From: an uncultured Chloroflexia bacterium
Lineage (GTDB): Bacteria > Chloroflexota > Limnocylindria > Limnocylindrales > CSP1-4
Assembly: GCA_963766735.1 (NCBI GenBank)
Contig: CAVYBU010000025.1
Coordinates: forward strand, 1-64,000
Direction of reading: 5' to 3'
Length of the DNA stretch: 64,000 bases
Positions 30,850 to 42,222 of the stretch are shown here, piece by piece. The position numbers were made by a program, and so were the translations under genes. A model generated the notes under the pieces. That model was not told the DNA's origin, searched no databases, and worked only from the letters and a program-made list of their open reading frames with translations. Position 1 is the first letter of the stretch. Each line of letters begins with the position of its first letter.

Positions 30850-32375
30850 GCGCTTCGGTCACTCGTATCAGCGAGGCTCTCCGCATGGGGCCCCGATCTG
30901 CGTGGTTGATCACCTTGTTGGGTCTGCTCGGGGTGTTGGCCGTCGCAGCGCTGGCGACGCGTCAGGGTATGCTGCCGATCGCCCTCGGCGCGGTCGTCCT
31001 CGCCATCACGGCCTTGATGGGGTTCCGATGGCCGTTGCTGTCCCTCGTCGTGTTCGCGGTACTGATCCCGATCGAGGAGGTTGTCGTCATCGAGGGCGTC
31101 GGGACGCTAAGCAGGTTCGCCGGCCTTCTATTCCTTGTCACGTACGGAGCACCTCGGCTCGGTAGCCTGACACTTGGAGCGATCCCGACCGCGGGCTGGG
31201 CCTACCTGGCTTGGGCGATGGTCAGCCTTGGCTGGGCGATCAACCCGGAGGTCGGCTGGGCACAGATCGTTACCTTGCTGCAACTCTTCCTCATCGCCCT
31301 TCTCGTCGCCAACTTCGTCGCGCAGCGACCCGCGATCGTCCGCCCCGTCCTCTGGGCCTACAGCCTGTCTGCGGCGGCAACCGCCCTGATTGGCATTCAG
31401 GCCTACGTCGCGCAAGGGCTCGCTGCTTCGCGCTCGGGTGCCATCCAGGGCCAGGACCCGGCACAGTTCGCGGCCGTCTTGTTGCCCGCCTTCGTCTTCG
31501 GCTTGTATGAGGTGATCAACGGTGATCGGCGGATCCTGGGTGGCGCAATCACCCTCCTCACCGCCGCCGGAGTCATTGTCTCCGGGACTCGGGGCGCGTG
31601 GGTGGCGTGTGTGGTCGTCATCCTGCTCGTCATCCTTCCTGGGCTCACGCCGCGCCGTCGCGTCGGGTCGGTTGCGATCATCCTGATCGTGGTCGCCATC
31701 GTCTATCAGCTCCCGGGCGTTGCCGGCCTGATGGCGGAGCGCACCGGCAATGCTCTCTCAACTGGCGGCGCGGGGCGGACTGAGATCTGGTCAGTTGGGC
31801 TCACGATCTTTACGTCCGCTCCACTGACCGGCGTTGGCCACGCCAACTTCCCGGTTGCCTTCACTTCGGAAGTCATCCGCGCCTCCGGAGTCGCGTACGA
31901 CCGGGTGGGATCGGGCTCACACAACGTTCTGATAGCGACCTTGGGCGAGCTCGGTGCGATCGGACTGTTGCTCCTCGGACTCTTTCTTGGCCCGCTTGTG
32001 CTCCGGCGCGGCTGGGGGCCTGACGCCGCCACTGTCCGGGCTGCACTGGCCTCGCTACTCACGGCCGCCCTGTTCCTGGACGTCCTTTCGAACCGCAAGC
32101 AGGTGTGGCTCGTGATCGGGCTCGCCGCGGGCCTCGCGTTGCTGGCCCGAGCGAAGCAACAGAAGGTCTCGAGACGATCGTCTGCCTCGCAGCCCGACCC
32201 GACCGAGAGCAATGAGGGTTGGATTCCATTTGACTCCGCCGAAACGCCCGATGGGATCATGATGGCGTCAGAATCGGCCGTCGTTGGAGGCACCACACGA
32301 CCCGCCATGGCGCGGTTCCCAATGAAGCCAGCTCCACCGGTGGCCTTCGCCCGCGGCCGAGCCGATGACCGCTGA
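30846..32375 (+). CDS. O-antigen ligase/polymerase (Wzy_C) family membrane protein
   Basis: Multi-TM; SGTRGAW, GRTEIW, PLTGVG, SHN motifs. Confidence 0.85.
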   Translation: MSASVTRISEALRMGPRSAWLITLLGLLGVLAVAALATRQGMLPIALGAVVLAITALMGFRWPLLSLVVFAVLIPIEEVVVIEGVGTLSRFAGLLFLVTYGAPRLGSLTLGAIPTAGWAYLAWAMVSLGWAINPEVGWAQIVTLLQLFLIALLVANFVAQRPAIVRPVLWAYSLSAAATALIGIQAYVAQGLAASRSGAIQGQDPAQFAAVLLPAFVFGLYEVINGDRRILGGAITLLTAAGVIVSGTRGAWVACVVVILLVILPGLTPRRRVGSVAIILIVVAIVYQLPGVAGLMAERTGNALSTGGAGRTEIWSVGLTIFTSAPLTGVGHANFPVAFTSEVIRASGVAYDRVGSGSHNVLIATLGELGAIGLLLLGLFLGPLVLRRGWGPDAATVRAALASLLTAALFLDVLSNRKQVWLVIGLAAGLALLARAKQQKVSRRSSASQPDPTESNEGWIPFDSAETPDGIMMASESAVVGGTTRPAMARFPMKPAPPVAFARGRADDR

Positions 32376-32387
32376 ACCCCTGGACGC

Positions 32388-34427
32388 TCAGCCGTGCACG
32401 GTCGGGTGCGTGGCCGTCGGCCCGCGGCCGGCTCCTCGCGAGTCGCCGCTGAGCGAGCTGCGCGAGCGTGGCTGGCCGTCGTTGGCAGCCTCCCACGTGG
32501 ACTGGCCGCCGACGCCCGGAGCATCGGGCCACAGCATCCTCAGCCACGCTTCCGTGATGAACAGCCGCCACAGGTGATCGGTCTTCCTTCCGCCGCCAAG
32601 CCCCTCCGCCAGGACCCGCTCGATCTCGGCCGGTGTAACCCAACCCCGTTGCGCGATCTGGCCGTCTCGCACAAGATCGGCTACCTCGGTTCCTCCGGCG
32701 GCCAGCCAGGCGCGTTCAGGGACCTCGAATCCCATCTTGTCGCGCCGGCGCGCCACCGCCGGGGGTAGTCGCGGACCGATCGCCCGGCGCAGGATCGCCT
32801 TGGTGACGCCTTGATCCACTCGGAGCCTGTCCGGAAGGCGGACTGCCAGTTCGACCAGGCGCACGTCGAGGAACGGGACCCGCGCCTCGACGCCGAACGC
32901 CATGCTGTTGCGGTCTTCGTAACGGAGAAGCGCGGGGAGCCCCACGGCTGAGACGGCGTGCCAGAGGCGGGTCGCGAGAAACGTGCCGGGCTCTCGATGG
33001 GCGTCTGCGGCCGCGGTCTCCCCTACGAGCGGACCCGTGCCCCGTATGCCGAACCGGCCACCGGATGCGGTGCGGACCGCCTCGACGACGCCCCGAGGCA
33101 GGGCGGCATGGAGTGCCGTCCACATCGCGGAGCCGGCGGAGGCAGGCCCGCGGGCGACCTGTGCACGAAGCTCCCGGGCTGCATCGAGAGGATGCGCGGC
33201 GAACAGCAGGCCCGCAGATCGAACGCCGAGGTAGAGGTCGTAGCCGCCGAGCAGTTCGTCGGCGCCCTGCCCGTCCAGGAGGACCTTGATCCCCTCGCCG
33301 TGCGCAGCCGCCATGACGGCATGCTGCGCGACGATCGACCCGGAGGTGAACGGCTCACCCTGAGCCTGGAGCACGGGCAAGACGCTTCGGAGTAGGGGGT
33401 ACCCGCCGGGCGTCGTGTGTATGAGGCGCATCCCGGCCTTGCGAGCCACGAGCTCAGCGTAGGCCGACTCGTCGATGCCGTCTGATGGGAACCGCGCGTG
33501 AAAACCGAGGCGCGGAGCCGCTGCATGATCAGGGTCCTGACTACCCGCCCGCAGCTCCGCGACGGTCGTGACGATCGATGACGAGTCGAGTCCGCCCGAC
33601 AGGCACGTTCCGATGGGCACGTCGGACCGCAGTCGGAGTCGGACCGACGAGTCGAAAATGTCGCGGAATTCCTCGACGAGCTCCTCGTCGCGCCTCCGAT
33701 CCCCGACGCCAACAGCGGGGCGGCCATCATCTGCAAGTGCAGGTGGCCCCCAGTAGCGGGTGAGCCGTTCGCTCGCGCCTTCGATGACGAGGAAGTGGGC
33801 CGATGGCAAGGCGGTCACGCCGTCGAGGAAGGTCTCAGTGGAGTGATCCGTCCAGCCGCGCGCCAAGAAGTCGTGCACGACGCCGAGGCGGGGCTCGGGA
33901 ATCCATGCGTCATCGGGATCCAGCGCTGACGCGGCGATGAAGGCGGTCGGCTCGCTCGCGAACGCGAGGGAGCGCCGGGTCCGGCGCAGGTAGATCGGCT
34001 TGACGCCGATCCGGTCACGGGCAAGCAGCAGTCGCTGCCGCTCACCATCCCATAGCGCAAACGCAAACATCCCGTTAAATCGGGAGACGGCGTCCAGACC
34101 CCAACGGTCGTAGGCAGCGAGGATGATCTCGGTGTCTGTTCCGGTGGTGATCTGCTCGCCGTGGTCGCGAAGCTCCGCCGCGAGCTCGAGGTAGTTGTAG
34201 ACCTCGCCGTTGTGCACGAGCAGGTTCCGACCGCGGGACATCGGCTGCGCGCCCGCTTCGGTCGGATCGAGAATGCTCAGCCGCCGGTGCCCAAGGCCGA
34301 TAGGTCCGTCGACATGGATCCCGGACCCGTCCGGTCCCCGATGGCCCAGCACGCCGACCATCCGCTCGAGGGGATCGCGGCCGACCGGCCCTCCATCGAA
34401 CCTGAGGATGCCTGCGATTCCACACAC
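32388..34427 (-). CDS. asnB: Asparagine synthase-like glutamine amidotransferase (glycan amidation)
   Basis: MCGIAG, HRGPD, HNGEVYNY, LSGGLDSS, GQGADELLGGY, EARVPFLD. Confidence 0.88.
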   Translation of the reverse strand: MCGIAGILRFDGGPVGRDPLERMVGVLGHRGPDGSGIHVDGPIGLGHRRLSILDPTEAGAQPMSRGRNLLVHNGEVYNYLELAAELRDHGEQITTGTDTEIILAAYDRWGLDAVSRFNGMFAFALWDGERQRLLLARDRIGVKPIYLRRTRRSLAFASEPTAFIAASALDPDDAWIPEPRLGVVHDFLARGWTDHSTETFLDGVTALPSAHFLVIEGASERLTRYWGPPALADDGRPAVGVGDRRRDEELVEEFRDIFDSSVRLRLRSDVPIGTCLSGGLDSSSIVTTVAELRAGSQDPDHAAAPRLGFHARFPSDGIDESAYAELVARKAGMRLIHTTPGGYPLLRSVLPVLQAQGEPFTSGSIVAQHAVMAAAHGEGIKVLLDGQGADELLGGYDLYLGVRSAGLLFAAHPLDAARELRAQVARGPASAGSAMWTALHAALPRGVVEAVRTASGGRFGIRGTGPLVGETAAADAHREPGTFLATRLWHAVSAVGLPALLRYEDRNSMAFGVEARVPFLDVRLVELAVRLPDRLRVDQGVTKAILRRAIGPRLPPAVARRRDKMGFEVPERAWLAAGGTEVADLVRDGQIAQRGWVTPAEIERVLAEGLGGGRKTDHLWRLFITEAWLRMLWPDAPGVGGQSTWEAANDGQPRSRSSLSGDSRGAGRGPTATHPTVHG

Positions 34428-34429
34428 GA

Positions 34430-35803
34430 CTAGCCAGCCCTCGCTGCGTCACGAGCCATTGGAAGACGATACAGGCCCGGGAGGCCGATGCTGTGTGCGC
34501 GGATCACACGTTTCCATCGGTCCTCCGCGTCGCCGACCACTCGCCGATATCCTTCCAGCAGAGACTGCGCCTCTGATTCCCAGTTCCAGCGCAGCCGCGC
34601 CGCAGCGCTGCAACGGCGCCTGAGGTCGACCTGGGACTCCGCGTCCAGGTCGAGGATCGATCGGATCGCGCGGGCGAGCGCCGCCGGATCGGTTGGGTCG
34701 CACACGGCGCCGAGCGGCCCGAGCGGGTCGTCCAGGATAATCCGCCGACGCTCGGGGAAGTCCGACGAGACGACAGGCAGGCCCGCCGCGATCGATTCGA
34801 ACAACTTGTTCGGGCTCGAGAGCCGCTCGTTCAGCGTGCGCGGCTGGTTCGGCATCACGCCGACGTCGGCGGACGCCACCCAGGGCAGGAGGTCCGCGGG
34901 AGAGACGGCATCGAGGACATGAACTCGGCTCCGACGAATCTCGGCCCACTCGCGAGATCGCGGAGCCGATAGCGATCCGGGCCGAAGCCCATGAGCACTA
35001 GGTGGGCACGCTCGAGGCCCGGCTCGAGCATCGCCTGGAGCAGCGTGTCAAGCCCCCGGTCTCCGCCTAGTAGCCCGTGGTAGAGGACGACCGGCTCGGC
35101 TGGAGCGAGCCCTAGGGCGTCGCGGATGAGGGTCGGTCGCGGATCTGGCGTGGGCCACGCCGGCACGCAGTTGTGGACCACCGCAATTGACCGAGGACGC
35201 TGGTGCTCGAGGGCGTAGGCCGCCAGGCTCTCGTTGACGGTGACCAGGAGGATCGCTTTCCGCACGAGGCGACGCTCGTACCAGCTCAGGCAGCCAGCGC
35301 AGCGGCCCCGGAAGGCGAGCGCCCGCGCCGGATTCGAGGACGAGATCGTGCATGTCGTACACGAGCGCCGCGTCCGCCGGCCTAGCCATGCCGGCAGCGA
35401 CGAGACCGGTGAAGTCGTGCGCATGCCAGACGTCGAAGGTTGTCGAGGTGCCGGAGATCGCATGTGCCCATGTCCTGAGGTTCCGGGCATACGCGGCCAG
35501 GAAAGCCAGCCTCGCCGCGTTGCGCCCGAGCCCTCTCGGCGTGGCGACTAGGCTGGACGCGTCCGGCGACTCGGGTCGGCGACCGGTCCTGACCACAGCG
35601 AGATCGACTCGTGGGTCCAGCATCGACGGCGCTGCGTGCGATCCCTCCGTGCAGAAGACCGTGACGGAGTGGCCGGCCCCAACGAGCGAGTTGGCTTCGC
35701 GTTGCACGCGGCTATCGAACGTGATGTCGCCGTACAGGATCATCGCCACGCGGAGCGGCCGGCTCGTTGTGGCATCGCCCGGCTTCTCCGTCGGCACGGT
35801 CAA
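34430..35803 (-). CDS. GT4 glycosyltransferase; frameshifts near 35290 and 34920
   Basis: DSRVQREA, WHAHD, VYDMHD, LYHGLL, SPNKLFESIAAGLPVV across three frames. Confidence 0.8.
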
Positions 35804-36374
35804 GGCGCGTCACCCGACCGTCCGCCGGCCGACCTGTCGTGTGGCAGCAGATGCCGTGCGTTCGTGTCGACGTCGTGAACGGCGCGCACATGGACACCTA
35901 GGCGTTGCGCGCCGAGCTCGGCTTCCGGACGATGGGCGATGAACCTAGACAGCGCCGCGGCCACTTCCGCGGCGGCCGCGGCTCGCTGATCGTCGAGCGG
36001 GCGCCTGCTGGGACGACCGTTGCGAGCCTTCCCTGTGAGTCCGAGTTGGTCTTCGGCGAGAAGTGGTACGGCCCGGTGTGGGCGCGGTTGCTCGCGTGGT
36101 ATCGCTGCCATGTCTTCTTCCACCTGATCAACGCTCTGCGACGGACGGGCGGGCGAGATCCGATCGACGCTGATCCTCTTCGCGCTCCGGGGTGAAGGTA
36201 CCTCCGTCGAGTGGATGTAGGCTGCGAGGAACTGGGCCGGCAGTGACTGGGCGGGGATGCTCGAAATCTCCGATGATCTGTCTTGGCTGATCGCGGTACT
36301 GAATCCGCAGGTGACCCGCACCTTGAGGCTCGGAAGCTGGATCAGGATCCACGTGCGTGGAAGTCTCCCACCTT

Positions 36375-37627
36375 CTAGGGATCTGTGGGCCGATTTATTC
36401 GTCGGGAGACGCACAACTCCCGCAGTTCCTGGGCCCATGCAGGGTAGACATCGTCAGCACGGTAGTTCCGGGCCCAGTGATCTCGCCGTGCCGCTCCTTC
36501 CTCAGCGGGACGTGCGTACGCACGTAGGATTGCTTGCGCCAGTGTGGACACCCCATCTTCTGCGGATACCAATTCATTGAACCGTGCTGGGGCAACTTCC
36601 GGGGTGCCCCCGACGGCGGTGGCGACAACTGGCATTCCGACACACTGCGCCTCCATGAGGGAGACCGGAGCACCCTCCGAGAGCGAGAGGTTGATGAAGA
36701 CATCGTGGTTGCCGGAACGCAGCTCCCGATGGACCACCTCGGCGGGAACGTGCCCCTTGATCGCAACGGTGAGCTGCCGCGGTCCACTGCCGACGAGTTG
36801 GTCCAGTTCTGCCCTCCCGGGGCCGTCCCCGTAGTGAGTCCACTCCACCTCCGAGCCTGAACGCGCCAGCTCGCAGGCGACGTCCCAGATGAGCGGCACT
36901 CGCTTGTTCTGGTCGATGGACGAGGCGCTGAGGAGGCGCATTGCTCCGCGCCTCGATCGCGGTGCTGGCCCACCTAGGTCAACGATCCCCAGCCGGCGCA
37001 CGACGATCCGAGACGCCAACTCGGGGAACCGGCCGACCAGGTTCTCACGCCCATCCAAGGACACAGTCGCGAGCCGGTCGACGGATCGAGCAGCAGCCTC
37101 CTGGAAGGGGATCGAGCGCCACCCGTGCTGGGCGGGGTAGAGGTCGCCACCGTGGACCCTGCTGACGAGCGGCACATCGGGCCACGCATCCCGCAGCCCC
37201 ACCGTCGCAGGGCTGAGCCAGAAGGTGTACGCGACATCGGGCGCCGGCAATCGCGCCGCCCAGTTGGCCACGGACGTGGAATTGGATCGCCCAATCAGGC
37301 TTGATCGGATCCATGCCCGATTGCGCCAGTCAGCGACCAGGTCTCCTGCGGAGAAGCCGAAACCGTGCCGGTTCGGCCGAGCGCCTCGCACGGCCGCAGT
37401 CAGCCGGCGGGAAGAGTGAGAACACTTCAACCGCGTGCGCTCCAGGTGTTGCGCAAGCGTGTAGTCCACTCTCACCTGTTGGGGCAAAGGGGGGTGAGCG
37501 CTGCTCTTGGGCGCATCGGTGCGACGACAATCCGGTTGAAGGCCCCCGCTAGATGACGGATTTCGTCATCTAGGAACTCCGGGACGGTCACGTTCGGCCA
37601 CGAGGACGTGACGATCAGGAGTTCCAT
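36375..37627 (-). CDS. GT4 glycosyltransferase; frameshift in a homopolymer near 37490
   Basis: N-terminus MELLIVTSSWP...EFLDDEI from ATG at 37627; RVHGGDLY, SEGAPVSLMEA. Confidence 0.8.
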
Positions 37628-37666
37628 TCGTTCTGTTTCCCAGTGATGCGGGCGTGCCCGTTGGTG

Positions 37667-38810
37667 TCAGCGGTAGACGGCGATGGGCCGGCCAGTGAGA
37701 CGCCCGATGAGGGATTGCGCCGACTTCAGCCGAGCATAAGGCCTATCCCAGTTGTCGAACTCCGTGTAGTGGTGGATGGGAAGGCTCATCAACTCATCGA
37801 GATCCGACTCGCTGATGCGCAGCTTCCTGCAGATGTACTGGCGGTCGCGCCGGAGTTCATCGGCGTCGTAGAGCGGCTCGGTGAGGAGATCAAGTGCCCG
37901 ATCACGAGTGATCGCTCCGGATGCGATCTGGGTTGACAGATGCGGCCGACGCTTGTCGTAGCCGAACTTCGTCGGCAGGTAGTAGTTCTGGAAGAACCTG
38001 GTGAAGAGCGACTTCACCATGCTTCCGTGGATACGCCCGCCAGCCGATCCGCTCCAATTCCGCTACCGCGTTACTCCGAGAGTACGGAAGGTAGTTCAGG
38101 AGCCTCAGTGGTGTCATCCTCTTCACGATCGGGTACCAGAAGAAGTACTGGCTGAAGGTGATGATCGGGTATTCGGCAAGAGGCTGTGTCCCGAACTGGG
38201 AGTGGATGGCCTTCAGGCTCCGGGCGTCCATAGCCGCGCCCTCCCAAGCGCGGGGGTAGATGCCCTCGGTCGCGGCGTTCCCGCCGTTGATGACGTAGCG
38301 GATGTCGTTCTCAACTGCGAACCGATAGAGGCCGGCGAAGAACGCGTGATCCTGGGGGACATCCTGATTGGCCACAGCAGACCGGAGGTAGGACAACTGC
38401 AGTTCGCGCATGTCCTCCCAGTTCACCACGTGGGTATGCAGGTCGTAGCGGCAGTAGGTGATGACTCTTTCGATGTTCTGTACTGCCAGCTCACTGTTCC
38501 AGCCGCCGTCGATGTGCACCACGAGGGGACGGAGTCCCCAGTCGTGCGCCTGGACGGCAAGGAAGGAACTGTCGACCCCACCACTAATCCCAAGTATCGA
38601 GTCGTATTCCTTCCCCACGCCCTCGCGCCTGACACGATCGATGGTGCGTTCGAGCCTGCGAGCACCCTCTTCGTCGGGGAACCAGACCGTCCCGCGAAGG
38701 CCCTCGAAGTCCCGGCAGTGATTGCATCGTCCGTTGTCGTCGAACTCGATGAGTGGATCGGTAGTGTCCATGACACAGGAGGTGCAGACTTGGTAATCAA
38801 GCTGAGTCAT
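37667..38810 (-). CDS. N-acetyl sugar amidotransferase (WbpG/WbuX family); frameshift near 38020
   Basis: CTSCVMDTTDP, CNHC, ISGGVDSS PP-loop, QDVPQDHAF, KFGYDKRR. Confidence 0.88.
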
Positions 38811-39573
38811 CGACGGTCCCCAAGAGTCCGGAGAGAACGGCGTAGCCGGGGTAGGTGATCAGAACCGCTCGCCGGGGGCCATGGAAGACGAAGAACGATC
38901 CGCATCCCACGGCGTCGGCGCCGGCTCGTATCGCTTCCTTGATGTGGGCCAATGACCCAACCCCGCCGACAGCGACAAGTGGCACCGTCGTTGCGTCGGC
39001 GGCTTCCGAGATCAGGCCTGTGTCCATTCCTGCCATGCTTCCGTCACGGTCGACGGAGTTGAGCAGGATCTCGCCGGCGCCCGCGTCGATCGCTCGGCGT
39101 AGGTGGCCGACCCAGTCGAGACTGCCGTGGAGATCGCTACCTGGGCAGAAGACGGAGCTGCGGCCAAACCGGCCTCGGAGCACATCGATAGAGACGGTCA
39201 CGGACGAGGAGCCAGCGTAAGTGGCGATGGCAGTCACGGCGGGAAGGTTGGTCGCTGCCGTGGAGCGAAGGATGACCTTCTCCACCCCTAGGTTGAAGAG
39301 CCTCTTCGCGTCGTCAAGGCCTCGGATTCCGCCTCCGTAGGCCAAAGGCATGAAGCACTCCGACGCCACATCCTGCACGAGCTCGAAGTTGGGCCCCCGA
39401 TCCATCGGGGTCGCGTTGATGTCGAGCAGGGCGAGTTCATCGACCTCCTTCTCGTTGAAGATCCGGATGGCGTTGATGGGGTCTCCGACGTAGGTCGGCT
39501 GATCGAATCCCGTGGTCTTCACCAGCCCGTGATCCTTCACGAGGAGCACCGGGATCACTCGGTTGCTCAGCAT
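38797..39573 (-). CDS. hisF2: HisF2/WbuZ-type ammonia-channel subunit
   Basis: RVIPVLL, YVGDPINAIRIFNEKEVDEL, ECFMPLAYGGG, RAVLITYP. Confidence 0.88.
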   Translation of the reverse strand: MLSNRVIPVLLVKDHGLVKTTGFDQPTYVGDPINAIRIFNEKEVDELALLDINATPMDRGPNFELVQDVASECFMPLAYGGGIRGLDDAKRLFNLGVEKVILRSTAATNLPAVTAIATYAGSSSVTVSIDVLRGRFGRSSVFCPGSDLHGSLDWVGHLRRAIDAGAGEILLNSVDRDGSMAGMDTGLISEAADATTVPLVAVGGVGSLAHIKEAIRAGADAVGCGSFFVFHGPRRAVLITYPGYAVLSGLLGTVDDSA

Positions 39574-40169
39574 GGTAGCTCAGCCCAGCGGGAGAGGAGG
39601 GACATGCCGAACCGATGGCTCTTCTCCGGATGGAATTGGACTCCGCGGGTGTTCGCACGCCGGTACGCGGACGTGAACTCCACACCGTAATGAGTTCTCC
39701 CGATCTCCAGCGACGGGTCGTCACACACAGCACGATAGGAGTGGGTGAAGTAGTAGCGGAGTTGGGGTAGGCCTGGGTCGAAGATCGGGTCGTTCCCGAT
39801 CGGGATCACGCGGTTCCACCCCATGTGCGGAACTCGTAGCGATGAGGCCGTGAACCGCTCGAATCGGGCGGGCACGCGACCAAGCCCACGCGCGTCGCCC
39901 TCCTCACTTGATTCGCCCAGCAACTGCATGCCCAAGCAGATGCCGAGCAGGTGTGTGGAGGAGGGCAGTGCCCGCAGATGATCGAACCACCCAGAATCCC
40001 GCAGTCGGTGGACTCCCTCGTCATAGGAGCCCACCCCGGGGAGGATATAGCGGTCGTTCGCGTCGAGACCGCTCGGTGACGAGCGGAGCTCAGCACGATG
40101 CCCCAACCGGTCGAGCATGTTCCGGACTGAGGCGACATTGCCCAGCCCCGCGTCAACGATCACGAGCAC
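39567..40169 (-). CDS. hisH2: HisH2/WbuY-type glutaminase subunit
   Basis: GNVASV, LPGVG, GICLGMQ, PHMGWN, QFHPEKSH. Confidence 0.88.
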   Translation of the reverse strand: MLVIVDAGLGNVASVRNMLDRLGHRAELRSSPSGLDANDRYILPGVGSYDEGVHRLRDSGWFDHLRALPSSTHLLGICLGMQLLGESSEEGDARGLGRVPARFERFTASSLRVPHMGWNRVIPIGNDPIFDPGLPQLRYYFTHSYRAVCDDPSLEIGRTHYGVEFTSAYRRANTRGVQFHPEKSHRFGMSLLSRWAELPC

Positions 40170-40177
40170 CGCCGAAT

Positions 40178-40698
40178 GGTACCCCCATGCTGAAGGAGCA
40201 GGCCGCCCGGCTGGTGGCCGAGACCATCGCTGAGCAGAGCGGCCAGCGCCACGGTGCCGTGGGCAAGGTCGCGAAGCAACAGGGCATCGGGCCCGAGTCA
40301 CTCCGGCATTGGGTCGACCAGGCCGAGATCGACGCCGGCACCCGACGCGGCCTGTCCACCGCCGACCGCGACCCGATCCGCGAGCTCGAGTCTCGCGCTT
40401 GACGCGCTCGAGATGGCGCTGTGGTCCCGGGGCCTGACCTGGGCGGCGTCGTCCACCACTCCGACCGCGTCCAGTACCGGTGGTCCGCTACACTGAGCGG
40501 CTCGCCGAGGCTGAGGCGGTGAGCTCGGTGGCCAGCCGGGGCGACTCCCACGGCAACGGCCTGGCCGAGTCGGTGAACGGCGGTTCAAGGGCGAGCTCAT
40601 CGAGCGCCACAAGCCCTGGCGAAACGTCGAACACGTCGAAATCGCGACGCCCCGCTGGGTCGACTGGTGGAACCGGGCGCGGCTCCACTCGGCCTGAC
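40178..40698 (+). mobile_element. Internally deleted IS3-family element (orfA N-terminus joined to orfB C-terminus)
   Basis: LKEQAARLV...ESLRHWVDQAEIDAG...ELE then LDALEMALW, HHSD, YTERLAEA, GDSH.NGLAES.NG, WVDWWN..RLHS. Confidence 0.8.
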
Positions 40699-40749
40699 GC
40701 GACAAGTGTCGGGAGAACTCGGGAATGTCAACGCGGGGGTTGCCATTTC

Positions 40750-40870
40750 CGAGGTCGCCGACGGATTCGAGGGGAAGGCAGGTAGGAGCCGTCGCGGATC
40801 CGCCGGAGGTCGAGAACGATCGTGCCCACCCGCGTGTCCGAAACGGCGGTCCCCGTACGGGTTGCGGTGG
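40750..40870 (-). mobile_element. IS256-family transposase fragment
   Basis: HRNPY...DTRVGTIVLDLRRIRDGSYLPS matches the IS256 RNGY/TRVG/R.GSY.PS region. Confidence 0.55.
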
Positions 40871-41047
40871 ACTTGGCGGTGCTCCGGCGCTGCCGCCCGG
40901 CGAGCGGTTGACCTTCGAGGCGGCGGTGTGGGTCGATGGGGCGCAGCTACGATTGGATTAGGCTGGCAGCGGCGCTTGGATTTGGAAGAAAGTGCTGCCG
41001 ACCGGATCGCCGACCCACGGGTATTCGGCGGTGGGCCAAATCCTGGC

Positions 41048-42181
41048 TCACGGCGGGGGCTCAGGTTCGGCGCGTCGATGGGCCGCCTCCATCGGCGGTT
41101 CGACCACGGACGTAGTGGCAGCGGCCGGCTTCCTGGAAACTCGGCTTGCGAAGGCGGCTTGCCGTGCAGCGCGCAGCCCCCACCCAAATGAGTGTCGAAA
41201 ACGCCACACGCCGCCAAGCATCCCCATGCCGTAGGCGAAGTGCATAACAGGGAATGTGGCGGCCAGCAACGCAGCCGACAGGGGGCTCTTCCGATCGCGG
41301 TAGCGGGCTGCCGCACCGGCGGTTGTCACCGCGTACACGCCGAGCGCCAATGCGGTCCCGGAACGAGCCCTATGTGAGGTGACGCCCAGGATGGCACCTC
41401 CACCGAGCGTGGTCACCAGAGCAAGTGGGACGATGTGGCGGACTCGGGCCTGACGCGGATGCTCCTGGAGGACGCGGACCTTCCAGCACCCATAGTCGAA
41501 GTACTGGCGCCAGAGGGCGCCGAGCGTTGACCGACTCCGGTAGCAACTCTCGATCGCCGGGTCGCAGGCGATCCGCCCACCGTCATCGAGAAGCCGGTAG
41601 CTCAGCTCGTCATCCTGGTTTCGAACGAACTCCTCGTTGAACGGGTAACGCAGCCATGTCTCGCGCCGGGCGACGCCCATGAAGACGGTGTCGACGTAGG
41701 CCGGCTCTGTCAGGTAGTGATGACGTGCTCCACCCACGCCGAACGGGGTGCTGGTCGCGATCGCGATCGCGGCTCCGATCCGCGTGTCGGCCACGGCCCG
41801 GACCGGACCACCGACGATATCGGCTCCCATCCGCTCAAGAGCGTCAACCGCGCTCCGTACGTATCCCGACGCGAGTTCCGCGTGACCGCTGACGATCCCG
41901 ATGACCTCGCCGGACGCAGCTCGGATGCCCGCATTCCACGCCGCCGCCTGAACACGACGCGGATTCGTGTGCACTGCCCAGCCATCTCGCCCGATCGCGA
42001 ATGCACGGGAGATTTCCATCGAGTCGTCGGTCGAATCCCCGTCATACACGAGCACCTCGAGGCGGTCCGAGGGGTAGTCCTGATTGGCGATGGACGAAAG
42101 ACATCGCTTGATGCTCAGGCCCTCGTTCCGCATTGCCACCACGAGCGTGACCCTCGGTTGGGCGGAAGGGTCTAGTGTCAT
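41048..42181 (-). CDS. GT2 glycosyltransferase (ExoA-like)
   Basis: VAMRNEG, DGDSTD, FVRNQDDE, QYFDYGCWK. Confidence 0.85.
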   Translation of the reverse strand: MTLDPSAQPRVTLVVAMRNEGLSIKRCLSSIANQDYPSDRLEVLVYDGDSTDDSMEISRAFAIGRDGWAVHTNPRRVQAAAWNAGIRAASGEVIGIVSGHAELASGYVRSAVDALERMGADIVGGPVRAVADTRIGAAIAIATSTPFGVGGARHHYLTEPAYVDTVFMGVARRETWLRYPFNEEFVRNQDDELSYRLLDDGGRIACDPAIESCYRSRSTLGALWRQYFDYGCWKVRVLQEHPRQARVRHIVPLALVTTLGGGAILGVTSHRARSGTALALGVYAVTTAGAAARYRDRKSPLSAALLAATFPVMHFAYGMGMLGGVWRFRHSFGWGLRAARQAAFASRVSRKPAAATTSVVEPPMEAAHRRAEPEPPP

Positions 42182-42222
42182 CGTGCTTTGTGGGGAAGCA
42201 AGCCGGGCGCGTCCGTCCGTGT

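Noticed and set aside
35870-36370. Short ORFs between two GT4 genes
   Set aside because: No recognisable motif; probably decayed sequence and cannot be assigned.
38797-40169. hisF/hisH as histidine biosynthesis genes
   Set aside because: The sequence signature (FNEKEVDE, ECFMP) and coupling to a WbpG-like gene indicate glycan amidination paralogs.
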